Source: Candidatus Woesearchaeota archaeon (lineage in GTDB: Archaea; Nanobdellota; Nanobdellia; SCGC-AAA011-G17; JACPNG01). Taken from it: DNA of 64,000 nucleotides. Position numbers and translations under genes: made by a program. Shown here piece after piece: positions 10,553 through 20,306 of this stretch. The notes beneath the pieces were generated by a model that was not told where the DNA came from, ran no database searches, and saw only the letters and a program-made list of their open reading frames with translations. Location of the stretch: the NCBI GenBank assembly GCA_018303485.1, contig JAGVYC010000014.1, positions 425 through 64,424 of the forward strand, written 5' to 3'. Positions within the stretch are counted from its first letter, which is position 1. Each line of letters starts with the position of its first letter.

Positions 10553-11212
10553 ATGCGACAATACAATAACCTCACAATAATAGGGACATCCCATATAGCC
10601 AAAGAAAGCATAACCAAAGTAAAAAAGGAAATTAGTGAAATAAAGCCTGATATAGTCGCCTTGGAGCTTGATCCAATAAGATTTAATGTATTAATGTATG
10701 GTAAAACAAGCAAAAATAAGCTAAGCGATATAAAAGCAATAGGTATAAAGGGTTTTATCTTTAATTTAATTGGCGCTTATGTTGAAAAAAAGCTTGGTGA
10801 AATAGTCAATGTCAAGCCAGGCTCTGAAATGAAGGCAGCCATAATCTCTGCTAAATTAATAAAATCAGACATAGCACTAATAGATCAAGATATTAGGATT
10901 ACATTAAAGAATCTTTCAAAATCATTTACATGGAAAGAAAGGTTTAGGTTTATGGCAGAAATTTTAAAGGGTGTTTTTACAAAGAAAAAAATAAACATAG
11001 ACTTGACAAAAGTTCCGGATAAAAAACTAATAAAAAAACTGACAGATAAGGTTAAAAGGGATTATCCTTCTTTATATAATGTCTTGATAGCTGACAGAAA
11101 TAAAGTAATGGCAGAAAATTTATATAAGCTAATGCAGACTAATAAAAGTATTATTGCTGTTGTTGGTGCAGGCCATGAAGATGAAATTGTAGAACTCATA
11201 AAAAAGATGTGA
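10553..11212 (+). CDS. TraB/PrgY/GumN family protein
   Basis: IIGTSHI, PDIVALELD, PGSEM, LIDQDI, DRNKVMA, VVGAGH. Confidence 0.9.
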   Translation: MRQYNNLTIIGTSHIAKESITKVKKEISEIKPDIVALELDPIRFNVLMYGKTSKNKLSDIKAIGIKGFIFNLIGAYVEKKLGEIVNVKPGSEMKAAIISAKLIKSDIALIDQDIRITLKNLSKSFTWKERFRFMAEILKGVFTKKKINIDLTKVPDKKLIKKLTDKVKRDYPSLYNVLIADRNKVMAENLYKLMQTNKSIIAVVGAGHEDEIVELIKKM

Positions 11213-11213
11213 A

Positions 11214-11966
11214 ATGTTTACAAAAAAAGAAATAAATCATTTGGTGATTTCTGTGTTTATACTTGGTTTTGCATTTGGTTTCAATGATAACCAGCCATTT
11301 TTCAGCCTGAAGAACTGGACTATAAACTTCATCCGCGCATTAATCTCAGCTGCAATAATACTCTTAGTATATGAAATTTCGCACAAGGTATCTGCAAAAA
11401 GATATTGTGCTGAAACAGAATATGAAATATGGGCGATAAAGCGTTATGGTTTCTGGCGCTCGGCCAAATTTCCTGTAAAAATATTGAACTTTACAATAAG
11501 TTCCTTTCCGTTGGGCATTGTTCTTTCTGTAATCGCAACATTGCTTTCAAATGGTTTGTTTTACTTAACTCCAATATCCTCATTTAAAATCATTGAAAAA
11601 CCACACTTGAGAATTGGTGCCAAATTTAAAGGACTGACATATTTTGAAGAGGCTAAGATATCATCATTTTCTATAATTATCCTCATTATCCTAGCGTTAA
11701 TGCTAAATACTATCTCGCCAAACATAATTTTCAACCAGCTGACATTAATGATTTTTGTTTTCATAGGTTATAATTTGCTGCCCATTTCAACGCTTGATGG
11801 TTCAAAGATATTTTTTGGCTCTGTTCCATTATACATAAGCATGGTTGTATTCACCCTTCTGTCTTATGTATTGATGGGTATGTTCAATGTCATTGCAGCA
11901 TTAATTCTGGCAGCAGTTTTGTCATTATTCATGCTATTTTTATACTTTGGCTTCAAAAAGAGCTAA
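11214..11966 (+). CDS. M50 (site-2 protease)-like membrane protein with degenerate HExxH
   Basis: VYEISHK in place of HExxH; NLLPISTLDGSKIF motif; multi-TM. Confidence 0.7.
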   Translation: MFTKKEINHLVISVFILGFAFGFNDNQPFFSLKNWTINFIRALISAAIILLVYEISHKVSAKRYCAETEYEIWAIKRYGFWRSAKFPVKILNFTISSFPLGIVLSVIATLLSNGLFYLTPISSFKIIEKPHLRIGAKFKGLTYFEEAKISSFSIIILIILALMLNTISPNIIFNQLTLMIFVFIGYNLLPISTLDGSKIFFGSVPLYISMVVFTLLSYVLMGMFNVIAALILAAVLSLFMLFLYFGFKKS

Positions 11967-12222
11967 GAAAGCTGAATATCGCTTTTTGTATAAGCCATAT
12001 ACTTGCAATATAGGTTATAATCCCGAAATAACCATACAATGCCAATATGAATACTATTCCTGAAATTAAGTCAAATACGCTGGCAAGTGACTTAATAAAT
12101 AAAACACTCTTAATTATAAGGTATAATGCAAAAAACAAAGCAAAAAAATCTACTTTAAACCTCAATAAAATCAATGATATAGCTGTCAACAAATCCAATA
12201 ACCCTAATAAATATATTATCAT
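11953..12222 (-). CDS. Small membrane protein
   Basis: 89 aa hydrophobic; repeated LDL/FDL helix pattern. Confidence 0.6.
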   Translation of the reverse strand: MIIYLLGLLDLLTAISLILLRFKVDFFALFFALYLIIKSVLFIKSLASVFDLISGIVFILALYGYFGIITYIASIWLIQKAIFSFLSSF

Positions 12223-12276
12223 GGTTTTCTCTCATTTTCAATAGCATTATAAATCTTTTTAACTTAGTACCAAAAG

Positions 12277-13815
12277 ATGGTTTTATTAAAAAATTTTACC
12301 CCAAGATTGTACCAGTCTAACATTTTAAAGGGCTGCATTGATAAGAATTGCCTTGTAATACTCCCTACAGGGATAGGCAAAACAGCTATAGCACTTTTGC
12401 TAGTTATAGAAAGGCTGAACAAATTTAAAAACTCAAAGGCATTATTATGCTCGCCAACAAAGCCGTTATGCCAGCAGCACCAAGAAACTTTCAAGGCTCA
12501 TACAGACATTGATAAATGTTTAATTTCACTTTATACAGGCCTAACTCAAGCAAATAAACGGGCAAAAATATTTTCAGAAAATAAAATTATAATAGCAACG
12601 CCACAAACAATAGAATCAGATTTGTTAAACAATCGCATAAATCTCAATGATTTTTCAGTTTTGATAATAGACGAAGCCCATCGCTCAAGAATGAAATATG
12701 CAAACACAATGGTCGCAAAAAAATACATTGAAACAGCAGAAAATCCAAGAATACTTGCTTTAACAGCCTCACCAGGCAATACAAAGGAAAAAATCAATGA
12801 AATATGCAGTAATCTGTTCATAGAGGAAGTCGAAATAAGGACTGACGAAGATGATGATGTCAAGCCTTACATGCAAAAAAAATCTATTGAATTCATAAAT
12901 ATAGAGCTAGAAAATGAAATCAAGAAAATATGTGATCTATTAAAAATAGTTTACAATGATAAATTAAGTTATTTAAAAAAGATTGGTTTTACAAAACCAA
13001 CAAGTTTAATCAATAAAAAGGACTTATTGTTGCTGCAAAAACAATTTCAAAAAGAATTGTCTAAAAGAAACCCTTCTGCATTCTTTGGTATTTCATTAAC
13101 AGCACAATTATTAAAACTCTCTCATTTGATAGAGCTGACAGAAACCCAAGGCTTGAAGCCATTAAAGAATTTTTTAGATAAATTAAAAACAGAGCAGACT
13201 AAAGCAGCAAAAATAATTACAAATACAAAAGACATTTTAGAGGTATACAAAATAACGCAGACACTCATCGAAAACAAAGTTCTTCATCCAAAGTTAGATA
13301 AGTTAAAAGAAATCATAAAAGAACAGTTTTTATCAAACAATAGCTCAAAAATGATAATATTTGCAAATTATCGCGATACAATTGAAGAATTGCTTGAAAA
13401 CATAAAAGAAATAGAAAACTGCCATCCTGTTAAGCTAATCGGCCATAAAAAAGGCATAACCCAGAAACAGCAGCTAGAAACTATAAAAAATTTCGAATCA
13501 GGCTTGTACAATTGTATTATTACAACATCAATTGGCGAAGAAGGCTTGTCAATAGGTACTCTAGACATAGCAATCTTTTACGACAATGTTCCAAGTGCAA
13601 TACGCAAAATTCAAAGAGAGGGTAGAGTCGCAAGAACAAAGCCAGGAAAGATAATATATCTCGTAGCAAAAAATACAAGAGACTCTGCCTATTACTGGAA
13701 ATCAAAAAGGGATGAAAAAACCATGAAGAAAACCATAGCTAATATAAAAACAAACTTTGAAAAACAGCAGTCATTGGCAAATTTTACAAAAAATGAAAGT
13801 AATAATAGATTATAG
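12277..13815 (+). CDS. Hef/FANCM-like SF2 DEAH helicase (helicase moiety)
   Basis: PRLYQ, LPTGIGKT, DEAHR, LTASPG, HPKL, TSIGEEGL, IQREGRVAR. Confidence 0.9.
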   Translation: MVLLKNFTPRLYQSNILKGCIDKNCLVILPTGIGKTAIALLLVIERLNKFKNSKALLCSPTKPLCQQHQETFKAHTDIDKCLISLYTGLTQANKRAKIFSENKIIIATPQTIESDLLNNRINLNDFSVLIIDEAHRSRMKYANTMVAKKYIETAENPRILALTASPGNTKEKINEICSNLFIEEVEIRTDEDDDVKPYMQKKSIEFINIELENEIKKICDLLKIVYNDKLSYLKKIGFTKPTSLINKKDLLLLQKQFQKELSKRNPSAFFGISLTAQLLKLSHLIELTETQGLKPLKNFLDKLKTEQTKAAKIITNTKDILEVYKITQTLIENKVLHPKLDKLKEIIKEQFLSNNSSKMIIFANYRDTIEELLENIKEIENCHPVKLIGHKKGITQKQQLETIKNFESGLYNCIITTSIGEEGLSIGTLDIAIFYDNVPSAIRKIQREGRVARTKPGKIIYLVAKNTRDSAYYWKSKRDEKTMKKTIANIKTNFEKQQSLANFTKNESNNRL

Positions 13816-14452
13816 GGAAAGGAAATCTGGGATAATTAGGGAACTTGCAAAGCATGATATTGAAGTGGACGAAAAACAGCTCTTAATTGGAGATTTCATA
13901 ATACAAACAAAAGATAAAGACAACAACACCATTAACCTCTGCATAGAAAAAAAGACCCAGGAAGATTTCCTAAATTCCATAATAGACAGGAGGCTATTAA
14001 AACAATTAATAGACATGAAAGAACATTTTCAAAACCAGCTTTTGATAATAGAAGGTTCAAAAAACCTATACTCTATGAGAAATTTTCACCCGAATGCAAT
14101 CCGTGGCATTCTTGCAACAATATCAGTCGACTTGAAAATACCAATAATAACAACAAGGGCTGTAGCAGATACAGCTGCATTTATAGCCACCATAACAAAA
14201 CGGCTTGAAAAACCTCGCTCAGAAATAAGTATATTAAAAAAAAGAAAGCCATTAACATTAAAAGAACAGCAGGAATTTATAATTGAATCCTTGCCAGGCA
14301 TTGGCCCAACATTATCCAAATCTTTGCTTCAAGAATTTAAATCCATAAAAAACATAATCAATGCCAAAGAAAAAGATTTGAAAAATATTGATAAGATTGG
14401 CAATAAAAAGGCAAAAGGTATCTTAAATTTAATACATCAAAAGTACGAGTAA
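13793..14452 (+). CDS. ERCC4/XPF nuclease with tandem HhH (Hef nuclease moiety)
   Basis: VIIDYRE, GDF, IEKKT.EDF..SIIDRRL, LPGIGP and IDKIGNKKA HhH; ATG 13793. Confidence 0.9.
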   Translation: MKVIIDYRERKSGIIRELAKHDIEVDEKQLLIGDFIIQTKDKDNNTINLCIEKKTQEDFLNSIIDRRLLKQLIDMKEHFQNQLLIIEGSKNLYSMRNFHPNAIRGILATISVDLKIPIITTRAVADTAAFIATITKRLEKPRSEISILKKRKPLTLKEQQEFIIESLPGIGPTLSKSLLQEFKSIKNIINAKEKDLKNIDKIGNKKAKGILNLIHQKYE

Positions 14453-16315
14453 TCACATCTTTGATTTTATTTGCTTCAAGAATTTCTCATCGCCCTTCCA
14501 AACAAGGCTGTTCTCAAGCACGTCATATATTGTAGACGCTGTTATTATTTTTATTTTATTTTTATTTTCTTTTGAAAGTAGAACATCCTGTTCATTTGCT
14601 TTTGGAATTATAACTCTCTTCAATTTTGCTTCCATTGCTGCTTCTATTTTAGCTGTTACTCCGCCAATTGCCAATACCTCTCCCCTTATAGATAACGAAC
14701 CAGTCATTGCCGTATCTTGCCTTATTGGTATTTGTTTTAATGCAGATATGATTGCTGTTGCAACTGCAATTGATGCAGAATCTCCTTCAACTCCTTCGTA
14801 TGTCTGCAAAAATTGTATGAATATGTCATATTTCTGTATTATATCCTCGCCAAACAATTTTAGTATTATGGCAGAAACATTCTTTACAGCTTCCTTAGCA
14901 ATTTCTCCTAATTTGCCTGTAGCAATAAACTCAACCTTCTTTCCTCCAGGTGTTATTTCTGATTCTATAGGCAAAACTATTCCAGAATAAGCCAAGCTAG
15001 ATCCTATTACAGCCAATCCATTAACTCGGCCAATCTTCTGCCCTGTTGTTATTATAACTTCATATTTCTTCTTGTTCTCTATGTACTTGTCAGCAATCTG
15101 CTGTTCCAAAGATCTTGCTATTTTTTTTGCATCTATAATATGCTGCTTTTCTACAATGTTGGAATTTCTCTCCATGGCCAAGTCACCAGCAGCCCTTACT
15201 AAGCCACCAAGTTCTCTTAATCTCAATGTCAACTTTCCTGAAGTGTCAGACATCTTTCTTGCTTCATTTATTATTTCATCAACAGCATCTTTTGCAAAAT
15301 GAGGTATTCTCTTGTCCTTGGCTATCTCTTGTGCAATGAATTGTGCTATCTTCTTTCTTGCATCTTCATTGTCATCCATTGTATTGCCCATAAATACCTC
15401 ATAGCCATTTCCCCTTATTCTCGATCTTAATGCTGGATGCATATGGTTTACTGTTTCCAAGTTTCCAGCAGCAACCAGAACAAAATCGCATGGTACTGGC
15501 CCGCTTCTAGTTTGTGCTCCCGAGGACCTTTCAGACTGCCCTGTTATTGGATATTTTTTTTCTTGTATTGCCGTCAATAATTCTTGCTGCGATTTCAGTG
15601 ATAATGTTGCAATTTCATCTATGAACAAAACGCCATTATTTGCTTTATGTATCAGCCCAGGTATTAATCTTTCATGTGGTGGTGTTCCTAAGCCCCCTGA
15701 CTGAAGAGGATCATGAAGGCAATCGCCAAGTAATGCCCCTGCGTGGCTTCCCGTTCCATCTAAGAATGGTGCTTCCTTCTTTTCAGAGTTGTCAATCAAT
15801 AACCTGGGAATGTTTTGAGTTTCCCCCATCTTCATTCTCTTTCCCAAATTAATGAAAAGAATAAAACCCACAATAAACACCATGCTCGATATCATCGATG
15901 CAGCATAGACCACGTCAGATATTTGTTTTGTTTTCCAAAAATAATATGGCATTAAGCTTACGACGATGATTAAAATGAATATTATTATATTCTGGTTCTT
16001 AAAAGAGGACAATGCTTGCAATTTTGCTTTTGTAACGATCTGCTTGCCCTGTCCTTTTGGCACTTCTTTTATTATAGGCGTATTTTCATCAGTTGGATTT
16101 TGAAACGCAAGTATGTCAACAAGCTTTTCAGACGGCATTAACTCTGCTAGGGCCTGGCCAACTAAACTCTTACCAGTTCCAGGCTCACCAATAAGCAAAA
16201 CATGCCTATGCTGCCTTGCCGCCTTCTTGATTATCTCTATGGCTGCATCTTGTCCAACTACTTGATCAGAAATCTTCTTAGGTACCTTTATTTCAGATGT
16301 ATCCTTCTTAATCAT
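14453..16315 (-). CDS. lonB: Archaeal membrane-anchored Lon protease (LonB)
   Basis: GEPGTGKS, two TM insert, LFIDEI, HPALRSR, EGDSAS catalytic Ser, IGGVTAK catalytic Lys. Confidence 0.95.
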   Translation of the reverse strand: MIKKDTSEIKVPKKISDQVVGQDAAIEIIKKAARQHRHVLLIGEPGTGKSLVGQALAELMPSEKLVDILAFQNPTDENTPIIKEVPKGQGKQIVTKAKLQALSSFKNQNIIIFILIIVVSLMPYYFWKTKQISDVVYAASMISSMVFIVGFILFINLGKRMKMGETQNIPRLLIDNSEKKEAPFLDGTGSHAGALLGDCLHDPLQSGGLGTPPHERLIPGLIHKANNGVLFIDEIATLSLKSQQELLTAIQEKKYPITGQSERSSGAQTRSGPVPCDFVLVAAGNLETVNHMHPALRSRIRGNGYEVFMGNTMDDNEDARKKIAQFIAQEIAKDKRIPHFAKDAVDEIINEARKMSDTSGKLTLRLRELGGLVRAAGDLAMERNSNIVEKQHIIDAKKIARSLEQQIADKYIENKKKYEVIITTGQKIGRVNGLAVIGSSLAYSGIVLPIESEITPGGKKVEFIATGKLGEIAKEAVKNVSAIILKLFGEDIIQKYDIFIQFLQTYEGVEGDSASIAVATAIISALKQIPIRQDTAMTGSLSIRGEVLAIGGVTAKIEAAMEAKLKRVIIPKANEQDVLLSKENKNKIKIITASTIYDVLENSLVWKGDEKFLKQIKSKM

Positions 16316-16361
16316 AATTAGAATATAAACGATATTATTTAAAAAAGTATCCCCTCAAGGT

Positions 16362-16625
16362 TTAAATTATTTCTTCTTCAGAAACAACTATGAAATCACC
16401 AATTGCCATTACAGCAGAATATGGTAGTGTTAAGTTGTTTTGTGTGTCTTTCTCTAATTCCAATGATTGTGCATAAGCAGTAGGGTTTTTCAGAATTATT
16501 TGCATTAACTCTCCTGTCCTGGACTCAAATGATATATTGCCTACCTCGCCAAACCTCTTCCCTGATTTTGTGACAACAATCTTGCCCATTAATTGCCTTG
16601 CTGTTCTTTTATCTTCATCTGCCAT
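16362..16625 (-). CDS. PRC-barrel domain protein (CdpB-like)
   Basis: LMGKIVVTKSGKRFGEV...LPYSAVMAIGDFIVV; GGTGA RBS. Confidence 0.85.
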   Translation of the reverse strand: MADEDKRTARQLMGKIVVTKSGKRFGEVGNISFESRTGELMQIILKNPTAYAQSLELEKDTQNNLTLPYSAVMAIGDFIVVSEEEII

Positions 16626-16723
16626 AATTCACCTTTTATTATTATTCTTTTTAACTAAAACTTATTTATAAAGTTTTCTAGTTTGGAATTGCATTAAATC
16701 AAAAGGTTACTTAGCAAAATACC

Positions 16724-16957
16724 TTATGGACTTACCACTTTTTCCTTGACAATATCTACTATGCTCAACCCTGTTTCCATTACCCTCCCAGTAATATTTT
16801 GATTGCTAAACACTTCCAATAGCACAAATACCAATATTAAAATTATTACAATCTTCAACGTAAAATGCCCAATCCTTTTAAAAAAATTATTTGTTTTAAA
16901 ATGAAGTAAAATAAACAATATTATTAGTAAAATGCCACCAATTAACAATATATTCAT
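16724..16957 (-). CDS. Small membrane protein
   Basis: 77 aa, two TM, ITG motif. Confidence 0.55.
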   Translation of the reverse strand: MNILLIGGILLIILFILLHFKTNNFFKRIGHFTLKIVIILILVFVLLEVFSNQNITGRVMETGLSIVDIVKEKVVSP

Positions 16958-17035
16958 CTCTATAGTAATAATCAGGTATATTTAAACCTTTTAAAATCAC
17001 TTTATAATGATAAATAATTAATGTAACTCAATAGA

Positions 17036-17378
17036 CCTAACCTTCCTATGGAAATATACATATATAATAAAAAATACACCCTCCCACCATTATTTCCTAT
17101 GGAACCTATAATCTATTGCATTTGTATATTCTTGCTTTTTATTTTATATTATAATCCAGAAAAAACAATAACATATCAAAAAACCCCTCCTCTAAGCCTA
17201 TATCTATCATAAAACATGATTCAATATTATATATATATTAAATATGAATTATAAATATATAAATAAAAATAGCCTTGTTATCATTTCATAGGAAACAAGA
17301 GGGTTAATTTCTAAAGGTAGTTAGTAAAGTTTATCAATAAACCACTATTTTAATCTCCATAGGAAACATAGGAGGGAG
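17036..17378. other. Replication origin oriC: four ORB elements around an AT-rich DUE
   Basis: ORBs on - at 17043-17054 (TTTCCATAGGAA) and 17079-17105 (GTTCCATAGGAAATAATGGTGGGAGGG); on + at 17284-17303 (TTTCATAGGAAACAAGAGGG) and 17355-17378 (CTCCATAGGAAACATAGGAGGGAG); near-pure A/T ~17220-17270; directly upstream of cdc6. Confidence 0.88.
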
Positions 17379-17433
17379 TATAATATTCCTAACTATAATA
17401 ATATTTAAATATAAAAATGGTTTTAAATAAAAA

Positions 17434-18645
17434 ATGGGGCAAAAGGGGTTAACTGGGTTTTTTGAAAATTTCTTAAAGCAAGAGCCTATATTTACTAATA
17501 AAAAAGTACTTCAGTCAACTTATACACCAAAAACAATACTTCATAGAGACGAGCAAATAGACCAATTAGCAAGCATTTTAGCGCCAATATTAAGGTTGGA
17601 AAGGCCATCAAATGTATTTGTATATGGTAGGCCAGGCTCAGGCAAGAGTTTGACAATACAGCATGTTTGCAGCAATATTCTCAGGGTTGCAGAAAAAAAC
17701 AAACTGGAAATAAAAATATTATACTTAAACTGTAAATTAAAGGGTGTTGCAGATACACAATACAGGTTAATAGCCAATCTAGCAAGGGAATTTGGCATAG
17801 AAGTTCCAGTAACAGGCCTACCAACAGATGAAATCTATAAATTATTCATCAAAGCCATTGAAAAAGAAAAAACATTATTAATCATTATCTTAGACGAAAT
17901 AGACCAGCTTGTCAAAAAAATAGGTGATGAGATATTATATAATTTAACAAGGATTAATACAGAATTAAAGAATACTGAAATCTCATTAATAGGCATTTCA
18001 AATGATTTAGTTTTTACAAATAGCATAGATCCAAGAGTAAAAAGCAGTCTTAGCGAAGAGGAGCTTATATTTCCACCATACAATGCATTGCAGCTCCAGG
18101 ATATATTAAGGCAAAGGGCAAAAATAGCATTTAGGAATGAAACCATAGAAGAAGGAGTCATTGAAAAATGTTCAGCATATGCAGCTAGAGAGCACGGTGA
18201 TGCGCGAAGGGCGCTTGAACTTTTAAGAGTCGCAGGAGAGATCTCAGAAAGAAAAGGAAAAACAAACATCAAAATAACAGACATAGACGAAGCAGAAGAA
18301 AAAATAGACAAAGATACAGTAATAGATATTATAAACACCCAGCCAAAACAATTCAAACTAGTTCTTTATTCAATAACAAAGATACATTTTTCCTCCACCA
18401 ATACCCCTATATTTACAGGCGAGATTTATGATATGTACAAAGAAGCATGCTTCAAAGTTGGCTTAAGACCTTTAACACAAAGAAGAGTCAGTGATATCAT
18501 AGCAGAGATGGACATGCTTGGCATTATAACGACCAGAGTAATTAGCAAGGGCCGCTACGGCAGGACAAGAGAAATTTGCCTTGCCATTTCAGATTCAATA
18601 ATTAACAATGTAAGCAATATATTAAAAGAGGGATTGTCATTATGA
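17434..18645 (+). CDS. cdc6: Orc1/Cdc6 replication initiator
   Basis: GRPGSGKS, LDEIDQL, DPRVKSSL, FPPYNA.QL, HGDARRAL, C-terminal wHTH SKGRYGRTR. Confidence 0.96.
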   Translation: MGQKGLTGFFENFLKQEPIFTNKKVLQSTYTPKTILHRDEQIDQLASILAPILRLERPSNVFVYGRPGSGKSLTIQHVCSNILRVAEKNKLEIKILYLNCKLKGVADTQYRLIANLAREFGIEVPVTGLPTDEIYKLFIKAIEKEKTLLIIILDEIDQLVKKIGDEILYNLTRINTELKNTEISLIGISNDLVFTNSIDPRVKSSLSEEELIFPPYNALQLQDILRQRAKIAFRNETIEEGVIEKCSAYAAREHGDARRALELLRVAGEISERKGKTNIKITDIDEAEEKIDKDTVIDIINTQPKQFKLVLYSITKIHFSSTNTPIFTGEIYDMYKEACFKVGLRPLTQRRVSDIIAEMDMLGIITTRVISKGRYGRTREICLAISDSIINNVSNILKEGLSL

Positions 18646-20294
18646 AAGGTGCAGTAAACATATTTCTAGAAAATGATTTTTTGCCCTCCCCTGACATAAT
18701 AAAGGATATTAAAAATATCCCATCAAAAGAGATAATTGAAGCGATACAAAAAAACATAGAATTCCCAGAAAAATTATTAGTAATAAACAAAGACATAATA
18801 GCAATAATTCCAAAATTATCAGAAAAGGCAGACATCAATTGGGCAGAGTTTGAAAAAGCAAAAGTCATGATAGAAAAAGGCAAAATAGATAAAACCTATA
18901 ACATATTCTTAGACCTTTTAACTTATAAAGTTGAAGATAAAAAAAAGAAAGAGCTTGATAAATTGCTGGAGGAAGTAAAAAAGGAAGAAAAACTCGACAT
19001 TAATGAAGAGCCGCCGACAGAAGCGCCATTAAATGTAATTATATTAAAAACATACAAAGATGATCCAAAGAAATTAGAAGTGGCAGATTTTGTAGAATAT
19101 TTTAAGATCCGTTATAATTTAATAAAAGAAGTTCTTCAAAACAGGCAAGAGATACAAGACCCAATATCAATCAACAGAATATTAACAAAAAAAGAAAAAG
19201 AAACAGTCGCTTTTATAGGCATTGTTTACAACAAAAAAACAACAAAAAACAACAACATACTTTTAACAATAGAAGACCCTACAGGATTAATAGACGTTCT
19301 TGTCAATAAAGAAGGAAAAGCAATAGAAAATGCGAGAAACATAGTTAATGATGAAGTAATTGGCATTGCTGGTGTTTATGGTGGCAGAGTAGTCTTTGCA
19401 ACAAACATTATTTTTCCAGACATACCATTAAGCAAGGAATTAAAAAAATGCGATGAAGAAGTATATGCCGCGTTTATTAGCGATTTGCATTTTGGCAGCA
19501 AGCTCTTTTTAAAAGATGATTTCATAAAATTCATAGAATGGATCAATGGAAAAACTGGAAGTTTCCTGCAAAAAAGAGTTTCTTCAAAAGTTAAATATTT
19601 ATTTATAATCGGTGATTCTGTAGATGGCGTTGGCGTTTACCCAAACCAAGACAAAGAGCTTGTTTTAAAAGACATCTCCCAGCAATATGAATTATGTGCA
19701 GAATATTTGGGCATGATAAGAAAAGATATAAAAATAATCCTTGCTCCAGGCCAGCACGATTCAATAAGAGTAGCAGAACCACAACCCCAGTTAGATAAAG
19801 AGTTTGCCAAATCATTATACGCATTGCCTAATGTAATTTTTGTAAGCAACCCCTCTCTTGTTAACATACATTCAAAAAAAGATTTTGAAGGCTTTAACGT
19901 CCTAATCTACCACGGTGCAAGCTATCATCACTATATAGATGAAATTGATTCATTGAGGCAGACAAACACAAGAGATAACCCAACAAATATACTAAAATTT
20001 TTACTGCAAAAAAGGCATTTGGCTCCATCTCATACATCAACAGTTTACATTCCTTCAAGGGATCACGACCCATTTTTTATAGATAAGATACCAGACCTAA
20101 TGTTATCAGGGGAAATGCATCGTTCAGATGTTGCAACATATAATAATATAACAATGATTAACTGCAGTTGTTTCCAAGGAAAAACGCCTTTCCAGGAAAA
20201 AACAGGCAATAACCCGCTACCTTCAAGGGTTCCAATTATGAACCTAAAAACAAGAGAAGTAAAAATACTGAACTTCTCGAGCGAAGAAGAATAA
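18642..20294 (+). CDS. polB: DNA polymerase D small subunit DP1 (proofreading exonuclease)
   Basis: OB domain (IEDPTG), FISDLHFGS, GDSVDGVGVYPNQ, PGQHD, YHG, KRHLAPSH. Confidence 0.93.
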   Translation: MKGAVNIFLENDFLPSPDIIKDIKNIPSKEIIEAIQKNIEFPEKLLVINKDIIAIIPKLSEKADINWAEFEKAKVMIEKGKIDKTYNIFLDLLTYKVEDKKKKELDKLLEEVKKEEKLDINEEPPTEAPLNVIILKTYKDDPKKLEVADFVEYFKIRYNLIKEVLQNRQEIQDPISINRILTKKEKETVAFIGIVYNKKTTKNNNILLTIEDPTGLIDVLVNKEGKAIENARNIVNDEVIGIAGVYGGRVVFATNIIFPDIPLSKELKKCDEEVYAAFISDLHFGSKLFLKDDFIKFIEWINGKTGSFLQKRVSSKVKYLFIIGDSVDGVGVYPNQDKELVLKDISQQYELCAEYLGMIRKDIKIILAPGQHDSIRVAEPQPQLDKEFAKSLYALPNVIFVSNPSLVNIHSKKDFEGFNVLIYHGASYHHYIDEIDSLRQTNTRDNPTNILKFLLQKRHLAPSHTSTVYIPSRDHDPFFIDKIPDLMLSGEMHRSDVATYNNITMINCSCFQGKTPFQEKTGNNPLPSRVPIMNLKTREVKILNFSSEEE

Positions 20295-20306
20295 ATTTTT
20301 GGCAAA

